Assembly: GCF_000025685.1 (NCBI RefSeq)
Contig: NC_013967.1
Span: 1,320,001 to 1,352,000, forward strand
Reading direction: 5' to 3'
DNA length: 32,000 nucleotides
Origin: Haloferax volcanii DS2
GTDB taxonomy: Archaea; Halobacteriota; Halobacteria; Halobacteriales; Haloferacaceae
In this document: positions 7,610 through 15,453 of the stretch, piece after piece
How positions within the stretch are numbered: position 1 is the first letter of the stretch
Layout of the letters: each line of letters opens with the position of its first letter
Notes under the pieces: generated by a model
Databases searched by the model: none
What the model was told of the DNA's origin: nothing
Seen by the model: the letters and a program-made list of their open reading frames with translations, nothing else
Made by a program: the position numbers and the translations under genes

Positions 7610-9130
7610 TTAGGAGTCGTCCGACCCGCTTTTTCGCGCGGCGCTCGCCGGACAGCAGTGGTCCTCGCCCGCGAACTCGACGCCCGCGAACTCGAATCTC
7701 GCGCCGCCTGTCGACGCCGATCCGACGGAGACCGACCAGCCGTGGGCCTCCGCCAGCGACCGGACGATATCGAGGCCGAAGCCCGTCCCCTCGGCCGAGG
7801 TGGTGAAGCCGCGTTCGAACACCCGCGTGACGATAGCGGCGTCGATGCCGGTCCCGTCGTCTTCGACCGCGACCGTCCCGTCTGCCGGCGACGCGGTAAC
7901 GCGGACGGCCAGCGGCGAGGCTCGGCCGTCCGCGGTCCCGTGTTCCACGGAATTCCGAAACAGGTTCTCGAACAGTCGCTGGAGCCGACCGGGGTCGGCG
8001 TGAATCGTCGCGGTCGACTCGACGACGAGTGCCGCGTTGCCCGTCTCGACCGTGTCCCACGCGCGTCGGGCGACCGCCTCGACGGCGACGGGCGTGAACT
8101 CGACGACCGCCGTTCCGCGGCGGGCCGCGGTCAACACGTCGTTGACGATGTCGCTGATGCGGGTCAACGAGGTCGCGACCCGTTCGAGATGTTCGGAGTC
8201 GTTGGTCTCTCGTTCGAGGTCGAGAAAGCCGATTGCGACGGAAAGCGGGTTTCGCAGGTCGTGCGAGAGAACTCGCGCGAACTCGCCCAGTCGCTCGTTT
8301 TGCTGTGCGAGCTGTTCTTCGTGCTGTCGGTGGGTCGTGATATCGCGCCCGACGCCGCAGAAGCCGACGACCTCGCCGTTCGGTTTCGTGAGCCGACGGC
8401 CGGTGAGTTGGAACAACAGCATGCCGTCGTCGGTCGGCAACCGCGCTTCGACGACCGTCGTCCCCGTTCGGATGGCCTCCTCGACGGCGCGTTTGACCGC
8501 CGGGCGGTCGGCCTCGTGGAAGAACGCGTCGGCCGACATCCCGGCGAGGTCGGCGTCCGTTAGGCCGGTGAGCTCCGAGAGCCGCTCGTTCCACGAGACG
8601 AGGTGTCCCTCGCCGTCGTAGACGTAGAACACGTCGTCGAGCGCGTCGATGGCGACCCGCGCCTTGCGGTGTTCGCAGGCGAGTCGCCGGACGCGCGACC
8701 CGAGTTCGTCGTCAGGAGATGCGCCCGCGGGGGTGTCGCTGTCGGTGTCGTCGCTATCGTCGCTATCGTCGCTATCGTCACTGTCGGCGCGCGCCGCCCT
8801 CCGCAGGACCGCCGCACGGTCGAGGTAGGCGTCGATACCCAAATCGACCAGTTCCGTCACGGCGTGGTCGGCGTCGCCGGGCGCGAGGACGACCACCGGG
8901 AGGTCGTCGTCGGTCGCGCGAAGCTCACGGAGCAGCGAGAGGCCGTCGCCGTCGGAGAATCCTGCGCCGAGGACGAGACAGTCGTACGCGTCGCCGTCGA
9001 GGGCGCGACGGGCGGCGTCGAGCGTCGCGGCTTCATCGACGGCGGCCTCCGAGACCGCCCGCTGGACGGCGCGGGAAATCGCGCGGTCGCCGTCGGCGGA
9101 GAGGACGCGAATCGAGGAATCTGGTTGCAT
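7610..9130 (-). CDS. hybrid-type sensor histidine kinase: N-terminal receiver-like domain, D/S-rich linker, PAS, HisKA, HATPase_c
   Basis: H-box FARVLSHDLRNPL, N-box NLFRNSVEH, G1 VEDDGTGI and G2 GTGFGL, with a PAS-like segment (DVFYVYDGEGHLVSWN...GVGRDIT). I prefer the ATG at 9130 (MQPDSSIRVL); the ORF-track start is at 9181. Confidence 0.85.
   Translation of the reverse strand: MQPDSSIRVLSADGDRAISRAVQRAVSEAAVDEAATLDAARRALDGDAYDCLVLGAGFSDGDGLSLLRELRATDDDLPVVVLAPGDADHAVTELVDLGIDAYLDRAAVLRRAARADSDDSDDSDDSDDTDSDTPAGASPDDELGSRVRRLACEHRKARVAIDALDDVFYVYDGEGHLVSWNERLSELTGLTDADLAGMSADAFFHEADRPAVKRAVEEAIRTGTTVVEARLPTDDGMLLFQLTGRRLTKPNGEVVGFCGVGRDITTHRQHEEQLAQQNERLGEFARVLSHDLRNPLSVAIGFLDLERETNDSEHLERVATSLTRISDIVNDVLTAARRGTAVVEFTPVAVEAVARRAWDTVETGNAALVVESTATIHADPGRLQRLFENLFRNSVEHGTADGRASPLAVRVTASPADGTVAVEDDGTGIDAAIVTRVFERGFTTSAEGTGFGLDIVRSLAEAHGWSVSVGSASTGGARFEFAGVEFAGEDHCCPASAARKSGSDDS
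8749..8775. repeat. in-frame 9-bp tandem repeat (cgtcgctat x3, degenerate copies on both sides) encoding (DSD)n in the kinase linker
   Basis: Read directly. It encodes ADSDDSDDSDDSDDTDSDT between the receiver-like and PAS domains. Confidence 0.85.
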
Positions 9131-9305
9131 CGGGCGGAAGGGGACGAACTGAACGACCGACAGGATGGTCACTGATACCATAACGTTTCTGTGATAATTG
9201 TCACTTAATCAACGCAAGTAGGAAACGTGTATCCAGTTTCCCGTCGGCGTCCGCGAATGCCCCGGTGTCGTAATCACTTAGTGCGGTGCGGTCGAAGTCC
9301 TCGGT

Positions 9306-9410
9306 ATGTCCAAGAAGGCCAAACTGGTCCTGGTACTGGCGCTCGTCGCGGTCCTCTACACCGTGTTCTCCGGCAGCGGAGAGACCGTCGAAGTCGAAAT
9401 CGAAGAGTAA
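9306..9410 (+). CDS. 34-aa single-pass membrane microprotein (MSKKAKLVLVLALVAVLYTVFSGSGETVEVEIEE)
   Basis: Below the ORF-track size cutoff. It has an ATG start and TAA stop, G/C at most third codon positions, and a basic N-terminus, hydrophobic helix and acidic tail. Confidence 0.5.
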   Translation: MSKKAKLVLVLALVAVLYTVFSGSGETVEVEIEE

Positions 9411-9537
9411 CCGCTTTTCGGCGCTCGGTCGCCACCGACCGAGTCAGCCCCACTCCCGCCCGTCCAGCGGCCGCGCTGGAGCGGGCCCCACGCCCGAGAG
9501 CGAACGACTTACCCGACGCCCGCGCGAAGGCGAAGCC

Positions 9538-10413
9538 ATGTACGGGGTCGTCACGCGCAACGAGGAGGAAGTCGACTGGCCGGAGTTCGACCGCGGGTTC
9601 TACGAGGTCAAAGACGTCACCGGCCGGGCGGCCGAACCGCTTTCGAACGCCGTCAACATGATTTCGTGTTTCGGTGACAACGCCGCCGCCAACGAGAACC
9701 CCGAGTTGGTCCCCGTCGACGGCGAGGGGAACCCGGCGACGCGCGACCGCACGTACTTCGACTGGGCGTACATCTGCCCGACGAACGAGAAGTACCGCGC
9801 CGGCCTGCTCGAAATCGTCGAAGACGCCGCCGCGGCCAACGGCGACGTGCGCCTCGACGACGTGGGCTTCCCCCGCGACGAGTACTGCCGCTGTGAGCGG
9901 TGTACCTCGCAGTTCGAAGCGTGGGCCGCCGACCGCGGCCGCGACGCCGACGACGAAGAGGCGTGGTTCGAGTGGCGCGCCGACGTCATCACCGACTTCG
10001 TCGCCGACGCCGCCGAGCGCGTCCCCGGCCGCCTGTATCTCACGCTGTATCCCGACCCCTATCCGGGCCATCTCTACCGCCGCGCCGGCCTCGACATCGA
10101 GGCGCTTTCGGCGCACGTCGACGAGTTCGTCGTCCCGCTGTACGACACCAACTACGGGACGACCTACTGGCTCGAAACCATCGCCCGCGGCTTCGTCTCG
10201 CTTCTGGAGCCGTACGACGCCGACTTCTCGCTCGAACTGTACGCCGTGAACGTTGACGTCGACGACCTGATTCACGCCATCGAGGTCGCGGACGAGTACG
10301 CCAAAGACGTGCTGTTCGGCTACGACGCGAGCAACGCCGCCGCGACGCTCCGGCGGATGACCGCCGACGGGTCGCGCGGGAAGACCTACCACCCCGACGA
10401 CGCGACCCGCTGA
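9538..10413 (+). CDS. uncharacterised acidic protein with a CRCERC (C-x-C-x2-C) motif; possibly a TIM-barrel glycosyl-hydrolase-like (GHL/DUF4015-like) fold
   Basis: MYGVVTRNEEEVDW... has haloarchaeal acidic composition, while the opposing 372-aa ORF is Arg/Gly/Val-rich noise. The block DDVGFPRDEYCRCERCTSQFEAW resembles the 'D-x-hydrophobic-R-Y/F-P ... CyCxxC..F' block I recall from GHL10-type proteins. Confidence 0.65.
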   Translation: MYGVVTRNEEEVDWPEFDRGFYEVKDVTGRAAEPLSNAVNMISCFGDNAAANENPELVPVDGEGNPATRDRTYFDWAYICPTNEKYRAGLLEIVEDAAAANGDVRLDDVGFPRDEYCRCERCTSQFEAWAADRGRDADDEEAWFEWRADVITDFVADAAERVPGRLYLTLYPDPYPGHLYRRAGLDIEALSAHVDEFVVPLYDTNYGTTYWLETIARGFVSLLEPYDADFSLELYAVNVDVDDLIHAIEVADEYAKDVLFGYDASNAAATLRRMTADGSRGKTYHPDDATR

Positions 10414-10469
10414 GCGCGGGGCTCATCGGCGCGGCGACCGGGCGATTGGGCGGCCGCCTCCGAGCGATT

Positions 10470-10583
10470 TCAGAACGCGCCGGCGAGGTAGCCGATGACG
10501 ACGATGCCGAGGAGGAAGACGAGCGTCGCGAACGCGAACAGCGCGAACATGAGTCGCCGCTGCCCGCTCGTCGGTTGTGCCAT
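10470..10583 (-). CDS. 37-aa single-pass membrane microprotein (MAQPTSGQRRLMFALFAFATLVFLLGIVVIGYLAGAF)
   Basis: Below the ORF-track cutoff. It has very strong GC3 bias and one clean TM helix, with a TATA-like box about 28 nt upstream. Confidence 0.5.
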   Translation of the reverse strand: MAQPTSGQRRLMFALFAFATLVFLLGIVVIGYLAGAF

Positions 10584-10606
10584 GGACGTTCTCCGGACTG
10601 CACACA

Positions 10607-10616
10607 CTTATGATAG
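10607..10616 (-). promoter_or_regulatory. TATA-like box (CTATCATAAG on the minus strand) about 28 nt upstream of the 37-aa ORF
   Basis: An AT-rich decamer at the canonical distance in an otherwise GC-rich spacer. Confidence 0.35.
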
Positions 10617-10657
10617 TCGGCGCTCCGGACGGTCCCGCTGGGGGGTCCACCCCCGTC

Positions 10658-11374
10658 TCAGTCGAGGTCTTCGATTGGGTCCGCGTTGCCGAAGTACGGG
10701 TCGGGACCGTCGCCGGGGGCCGCCCACTCGACGGCGTTGTCGAGGACGGTCCGAATCTCCGCCTGCTCGTAGATTGGGTAGGTCTCGTGACCCGGCCGGA
10801 AGTAGAAGACGCGGCCCTTGCCGCGGGTGTAACAACAGCCCGAACGGAACACTTCGCCGCCCTCGAACCACGACGTGAAGACGAGTTCGTCCGGCGCGGG
10901 GATGTCGAACCGCTCGCCGTACATCTCGGCGCGGGGGACCTCGAACGACTCGGGAAGCCCGTCTGCGATGGGGTGGCCCGGCTCGACGACCCAGACGCGC
11001 TCTTTCTCGCCCGACTCGCGCCACTTCAGCGAGCAGGTCGTCCCCATCAGGCGCTTGAACGGCTTGGAGTAGTGCCCCGAGTGGAGCACGAGCAGACCCA
11101 TCCCGCCGCGGACGCGGTCGACCACGCGGTCAACGATTGCGTCCTCCACCTCGTCGTGGGCCTTGTGGCCCCACCACGCCAGCACGTCGGTGTCGTCGAG
11201 GACCGACTCGGTGAGCCCGTGTTCGGAGTCGTCCAGCGTGGCCGTCTGCACGTCGTAGCCGGCCTCGCGGAGTCCTTCGGCAATCGTCGCGTGGATGCCG
11301 TCGGGGTAGACCGCGGCGACCTCGTCGTCTTCCTTCTCGTGTCGGTACTCGTTCCAGACGGTGACGGTGACCAT
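10658..11374 (-). CDS. ThuA domain-containing protein (trehalose-utilisation-like, class I glutamine amidotransferase-like fold)
   Basis: [14 protein letters not shown]...[14 protein letters not shown]...[19 protein letters not shown]... matches the ThuA family pattern. I chose the internal ATG at 11374. Confidence 0.8.
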   Translation of the reverse strand: MVTVTVWNEYRHEKEDDEVAAVYPDGIHATIAEGLREAGYDVQTATLDDSEHGLTESVLDDTDVLAWWGHKAHDEVEDAIVDRVVDRVRGGMGLLVLHSGHYSKPFKRLMGTTCSLKWRESGEKERVWVVEPGHPIADGLPESFEVPRAEMYGERFDIPAPDELVFTSWFEGGEVFRSGCCYTRGKGRVFYFRPGHETYPIYEQAEIRTVLDNAVEWAAPGDGPDPYFGNADPIEDLD

Positions 11375-11450
11375 ACTCCCGGCGTCGCCGGGTGGCGACA
11401 AGTATGCACCGAACCGGAAGCCGGGCCGTGGCGGTCGCCCGACGGCCCGG

Positions 11451-12260
11451 CTACGTCCCCTCGAACTCCGGTTCCCGCCGACTCGTGAACGACGCCACGC
11501 CCTCGGCGTGGTCGTCGGTCTCGAATATGACTGCCTGCGCCGACGCCTCGTGTTCGATGGCCGCCTCGATGGAGTCGTCGGGGCGGCGGAGCAAGCGCTT
11601 GGAGGCGGTGAGCGCCTTCGTCGGGCCGCCGGCGATGCGTTCCGCGAGGGCGGCGAGTTCGGCTTCGAACTCGTCCGCGCCGGCGACGCGGTTCACGACG
11701 CCGAGTTCCAGCGCCCGGTCGGGACCGAGTTCCTCGCCGGTGTAGACGAGTTCCATGGCGACGTTGCGCCCGACGAGTCGGGGAAGGAGATACGACACCC
11801 CCGAGTCGACCGCGAGGCCGACCCGGCGGAAGCCGAAGCTGACGGCGGCGTCGTCGCGGAGGAGTTGGAGGTCGCAGGCGATGGCGAGCGCAGCGCCCGC
11901 GCCCACGGCCGGGCCGTCGATGGCCGCGACCGTCGGTAGGTCGCACTCGTAGACGCGGCGCACGCAGTCGGCGGTGTCGCGGACGACGTGGTCGACCGCC
12001 TCGGGGAGCGTCATCGCGTCGGCCTGGAGCTCACGCATGGCGTTCACGTCGCCGCCGGCGCAGAACGCGCCCGCCTCGTCGCTCCCGCGGACGACGACGC
12101 AGCGCGCCGCGTCGGGGAGCGAGTCCAGCGCCTCGCGCACGCCCGCGGTCACCTCGACCGTCAGCGCGTTCCGAACCGCCGGGGCGTCCAGCGTCACCGT
12201 CGCCACGCCGTCGTCGAGCGAGAGCCGTACCGCGTCGGAGTCGAGTTCGACCTCGGTCAT
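11451..12260 (-). CDS. enoyl-CoA hydratase/isomerase (crotonase) family protein
   Basis: 269 aa. RNALT...FCAGGDV...[19 protein letters not shown]...E are the crotonase oxyanion-hole blocks. The long upstream ORF extension is Arg/Pro-rich and is rejected. Confidence 0.85.
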   Translation of the reverse strand: MTEVELDSDAVRLSLDDGVATVTLDAPAVRNALTVEVTAGVREALDSLPDAARCVVVRGSDEAGAFCAGGDVNAMRELQADAMTLPEAVDHVVRDTADCVRRVYECDLPTVAAIDGPAVGAGAALAIACDLQLLRDDAAVSFGFRRVGLAVDSGVSYLLPRLVGRNVAMELVYTGEELGPDRALELGVVNRVAGADEFEAELAALAERIAGGPTKALTASKRLLRRPDDSIEAAIEHEASAQAVIFETDDHAEGVASFTSRREPEFEGT

Positions 12261-12325
12261 CTCCCGGTTCGACGTGCAGAATCGTGAAAAACGTTTGCCT
12301 CGTGGAGAGTTGATTGCCACTGCGC

Positions 12326-13384
12326 TCAGCGGAACAGCGCGTCCGCGTCGATTCCGAGGCCCGGACTCTCGGGGACGCGCATCCGGCCCTCGCGCACGGG
12401 TGCCGGGTCGGCCGCGAGGTCGGCGTCGAGGAGCGAGGCGGTCGCCAGCCCGTGGGCCCGGTCGCCGGGGAGCGACGCCGCGACGTGGAGCGCGCCGAGT
12501 CGGGCGACGACGGCGTCGATGGTGGTCGTGACGACGACCGCCACGCCGGCGTCGCGGGCGCGGGCGGCGAGGTCGCGGACGCGGTCCGGACCGCCGAGCG
12601 CCATCGGCTTGCAGACGAGCACGTCCGCCGCGTTCGAGGCGAGCGCCCGCTCCGGAGCGACCGTCGAAAGCGACTCGTCGAGCGCGATGGGCGTGTCGTG
12701 AAGCCGTCGGAGGACGGCGTGCCCGTCGAGTTCGTCGGCGGGAAGCGGCTGTTCGAGGTAGTCGAGGTCGAGGCCGAGTTCCTCGACCGAGTCGAGAAAG
12801 CGGTCGGCGGCCCAGCGGTCCCACGCGGCGTTCGCGTCGGCCCGGAGCGCCACGTCGGGGCCGACCGCCTCGCGGACCGCCCGGAGGCGCGCCACGTCGT
12901 CGGTCGGGTCCCGCGCGCCGACCTTCAGTTTGAGGCAGTCGTACCCCGATTCGACGGCGGTTTCGGCGGCTTCGACGGTCGCCTCGGGGTCGTCGTCGCC
13001 GAGGGTCGCGTTCACCGGAAGCGAGGTGTGCGGGTCGGTGGCTAGGGACGCGGCGAGCGGCCGGCCGGCGGCGCGAGCGCGAGCGTCAGCGACGGCGAGC
13101 GAGACGGCGTGTCTCGCGGCGGGCGCGTCCGCGAGCGCCCCGTCTTCGATCGCCGATTTGGGGTCGCCCGCGGCAGCCCCCTCGGCATCGCCTTCCGTGA
13201 GACCGGCGAGCGCGTCGCGGCAGTCTTCAAGCGACTCGGTCCAGCCCGGAAGCGGGGTCGCCTCGCCGACGCCGGTCTCGCCCGCAACGTCGACCGCGAC
13301 GAGAAGTCCCTCGCGGCGCTCGATGTCTCCCTTGGCGGTCGAAAGCGGCGTTTCGAGGTCGACGGCGAACTCGCGGAGACGCAT
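12326..13384 (-). CDS. menC: o-succinylbenzoate synthase (enolase superfamily, MR/MLE subgroup)
   Basis: An enolase-superfamily barrel (KLKVG, ...DANAAW, ...LEQP, ...DES) in men-cluster context. ATG at 13384; an alternative GTG at 13390 would overlap the menA stop. Confidence 0.8.
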   Translation of the reverse strand: MRLREFAVDLETPLSTAKGDIERREGLLVAVDVAGETGVGEATPLPGWTESLEDCRDALAGLTEGDAEGAAAGDPKSAIEDGALADAPAARHAVSLAVADARARAAGRPLAASLATDPHTSLPVNATLGDDDPEATVEAAETAVESGYDCLKLKVGARDPTDDVARLRAVREAVGPDVALRADANAAWDRWAADRFLDSVEELGLDLDYLEQPLPADELDGHAVLRRLHDTPIALDESLSTVAPERALASNAADVLVCKPMALGGPDRVRDLAARARDAGVAVVVTTTIDAVVARLGALHVAASLPGDRAHGLATASLLDADLAADPAPVREGRMRVPESPGLGIDADALFR

Positions 13385-13386
13385 CG

Positions 13387-14334
13387 TCACGCGAGGACGA
13401 GGCCGATCGAAAAGAGGACGGCGTAGAGCGCGAGGAGTTTCCCCGTGTCTTCGAGCGCGGGGTTGAGCTTCTCGCCTTTCGTCTCGGTCACGACGGTCCG
13501 CGCGATTCGGGCCGCGACGGGCATCGAGAACACCGGCAGGAGGACGAACCAGTCGAAGCCGGCGCGGGTCCAGAGGTAGACGGGGACGGCGTAGGCGAGC
13601 GCGAGCATGGTGACGTACTCGGCGCGGGCGAAGCCGTAGCCGAACCGGACCGCGAGCGTCCGCTTGCCCGTGGTCGCGTCTTCCTCCTTGTCGCGGACGT
13701 TGTTCACGACGAGGATGTTCGTGGAGATGGCCGCGATGGGGAGGCTGGCGAGGACGGCGACGAGCGTGACGGTTCCCGCCGGAATCCCGACGGAAAGCGG
13801 GGCGGCGAGGACGCTCGCGGCCTGCACGTAGAACGTGCCGGCGACGGCGACGAGGCCGAAGAAGACGAAGACGAACAGGTCGCCCAGACCGTGGTAGCCG
13901 AGGGGGTACGGGCCGCCGGTGTAGGCGATGCCCGAGGCGACCGAAAGCAGGCCGACGACGAGGATGGGCACGCCGCCGACGTAGACGAGATAGGTGCCGA
14001 GGAGGACGGCGGCGGCGAAGGTGAGATACATCGCCCGCTTGACCTCTGACGGAGGGATGAGCCCGCCCGCGGTGACGCGGGTGAAGCCCTCTCGGGCCTC
14101 GGTGTCAGCGCCCTGCACCGCGTCGTAGTAGTCGTTGGCGAAGTTGGTCCCGACTTGGATGAGAAGCGCGCCCACGAGCGCCGCGAAGGCGGGCAGCGGG
14201 GCGAACAGGTCGGCGTGGACGGCCACCGCGGTGCCGACGACGACCGGCGCGGCGGCCGCCGGGAGCGTCTGCGGCCGCGACGCCATCACCCACGCCCGCC
14301 TGCGAGAGATGTCCTGCGTGCTCATTGTCTGCAT
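13387..14334 (-). CDS. menA: 1,4-dihydroxy-2-naphthoate polyprenyltransferase
   Basis: A UbiA-family polytopic membrane protein with NDYYD and DxxxD-type (DKEED) motifs. An alternative ATG is at 14325. Confidence 0.88.
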   Translation of the reverse strand: MQTMSTQDISRRRAWVMASRPQTLPAAAAPVVVGTAVAVHADLFAPLPAFAALVGALLIQVGTNFANDYYDAVQGADTEAREGFTRVTAGGLIPPSEVKRAMYLTFAAAVLLGTYLVYVGGVPILVVGLLSVASGIAYTGGPYPLGYHGLGDLFVFVFFGLVAVAGTFYVQAASVLAAPLSVGIPAGTVTLVAVLASLPIAAISTNILVVNNVRDKEEDATTGKRTLAVRFGYGFARAEYVTMLALAYAVPVYLWTRAGFDWFVLLPVFSMPVAARIARTVVTETKGEKLNPALEDTGKLLALYAVLFSIGLVLA

Positions 14335-14501
14335 ACGAGGGCCGAAGCAGTGAGTAAGTTCCTATCCGAAAGCGCGCGACGCCGAGGCGGTGGGTGGGGG
14401 AACACGGTGGCCCGGCGCGCGGCGCGACCCAGCGCGGCGCTCCCCGGCGTCAGCGACGACGTGGTCATCGCCGTCGCCGACGGTGGGGTGTCGATGACTC
14501 G

Positions 14502-15452
14502 CTATTCGGAGTCGGAAGCGGAATCAGCGGCGACGCCGAGATGGTCGGCGAGTCGCTCGCGACCGCGCTCGGCCCGAGCTTCGACCGCTTCCTCGGAGAT
14601 GTACATCTCGCGCTGACGCTCCACGTCGGCCTCGCGGAGTTCGCGGAGTCGCTCTTCGGCGAGGTCGCAGTCGTCGGGGACTCGGCTGTCGAACCGCTCG
14701 CGCCAGTCGTCGCGGGCGGTCTCCTCGTCGGCGAGTTCCGATTCGGGACGTATCCAGTCCCAGTGATGCGCGAGGGCCTCGGGATACCCCCGTTCGAGGC
14801 GGTGGTCGGTGATGACCGACCGGCCGACGCGCGCGCCCTGTCCGGCCGACATGATGGCCTGCACGTTGACCTCGCTCACCGGCGCGGCGACGTACAGCCC
14901 GTCGATGGCTGTCCGGCCCTCGATGTCGGCGTAGTCGCGGTCGAACTTCGTCCGCGTCTCGCCGTCGTACTCGTAGGTGACGAACATCTCGTCGTCGTCG
15001 AGCGGTTCGAGGAAGTCGCCGCCGTAGCGGGCGGCCGCGACGACCCGCCTCGCCGTGACGGTCTCGCCGTCCTGCGTCGTGACCTCGAAGCCCGGCCCGG
15101 CGGCGTCCGCGGTCTCGGTCCCGTCACCGCCGGCGGGTTCGACCGCCTCGACGAGCGCCGGAACGAGGTCGCAGCCGGCCGCCTCGACGTGGTCGTGGAT
15201 GAGTCCGTAGAACGTCTCGACGTCGACGCCGCCGGGGAAGCCGAGGTAGTTCTCCAGATAGGCACAGCGCTGGAGCGACGACCGGCCGCGGTCGAAGGCG
15301 ACGGTGTCGAGACCGTACCGACCGGTGAAGACGCCCGCCGAGCAGCCCGTCGGCCCGCCGCCGACGATGGCCACGTCGTAGTCGAACGCCGCCGTTTCGG
15401 GGTCGGTCGCTGTCGTCGTCGCCGTCCCCTCCGAGCGCTCGGCGTCCGCCAT
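14502..15452 (-). CDS. FAD-dependent, thioredoxin-reductase-like oxidoreductase (no CxxC redox motif seen)
   Basis: YDVAIVGGGPTGCSAG dinucleotide-binding motif and the C-terminal flavin motif GLYVAAPV...SAGQGARVG. It has a long charged C-terminal extension. Its start lies 1 nt from the stop of the upstream binding-protein gene. Confidence 0.8.
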   Translation of the reverse strand: MADAERSEGTATTTATDPETAAFDYDVAIVGGGPTGCSAGVFTGRYGLDTVAFDRGRSSLQRCAYLENYLGFPGGVDVETFYGLIHDHVEAAGCDLVPALVEAVEPAGGDGTETADAAGPGFEVTTQDGETVTARRVVAAARYGGDFLEPLDDDEMFVTYEYDGETRTKFDRDYADIEGRTAIDGLYVAAPVSEVNVQAIMSAGQGARVGRSVITDHRLERGYPEALAHHWDWIRPESELADEETARDDWRERFDSRVPDDCDLAEERLRELREADVERQREMYISEEAVEARAERGRERLADHLGVAADSASDSE

Positions 15453-15453
15453 C

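Noticed and set aside
9181-9240. A small palindrome gtga-taattg-tcac in the AT-rich stretch upstream of the histidine kinase.
   Set aside because: It has only 4-bp arms, so chance occurrence is likely. It is probably just part of the kinase promoter AT-rich region.
9274-10392. A 372-aa minus-strand ORF opposite the 9538-10413 gene.
   Set aside because: Its composition (V/G/R/A-rich, few acidic residues) is unlike haloarchaeal proteins. The plus-strand frame is acidic, has strong GC3 bias and carries a discrete Cys motif.
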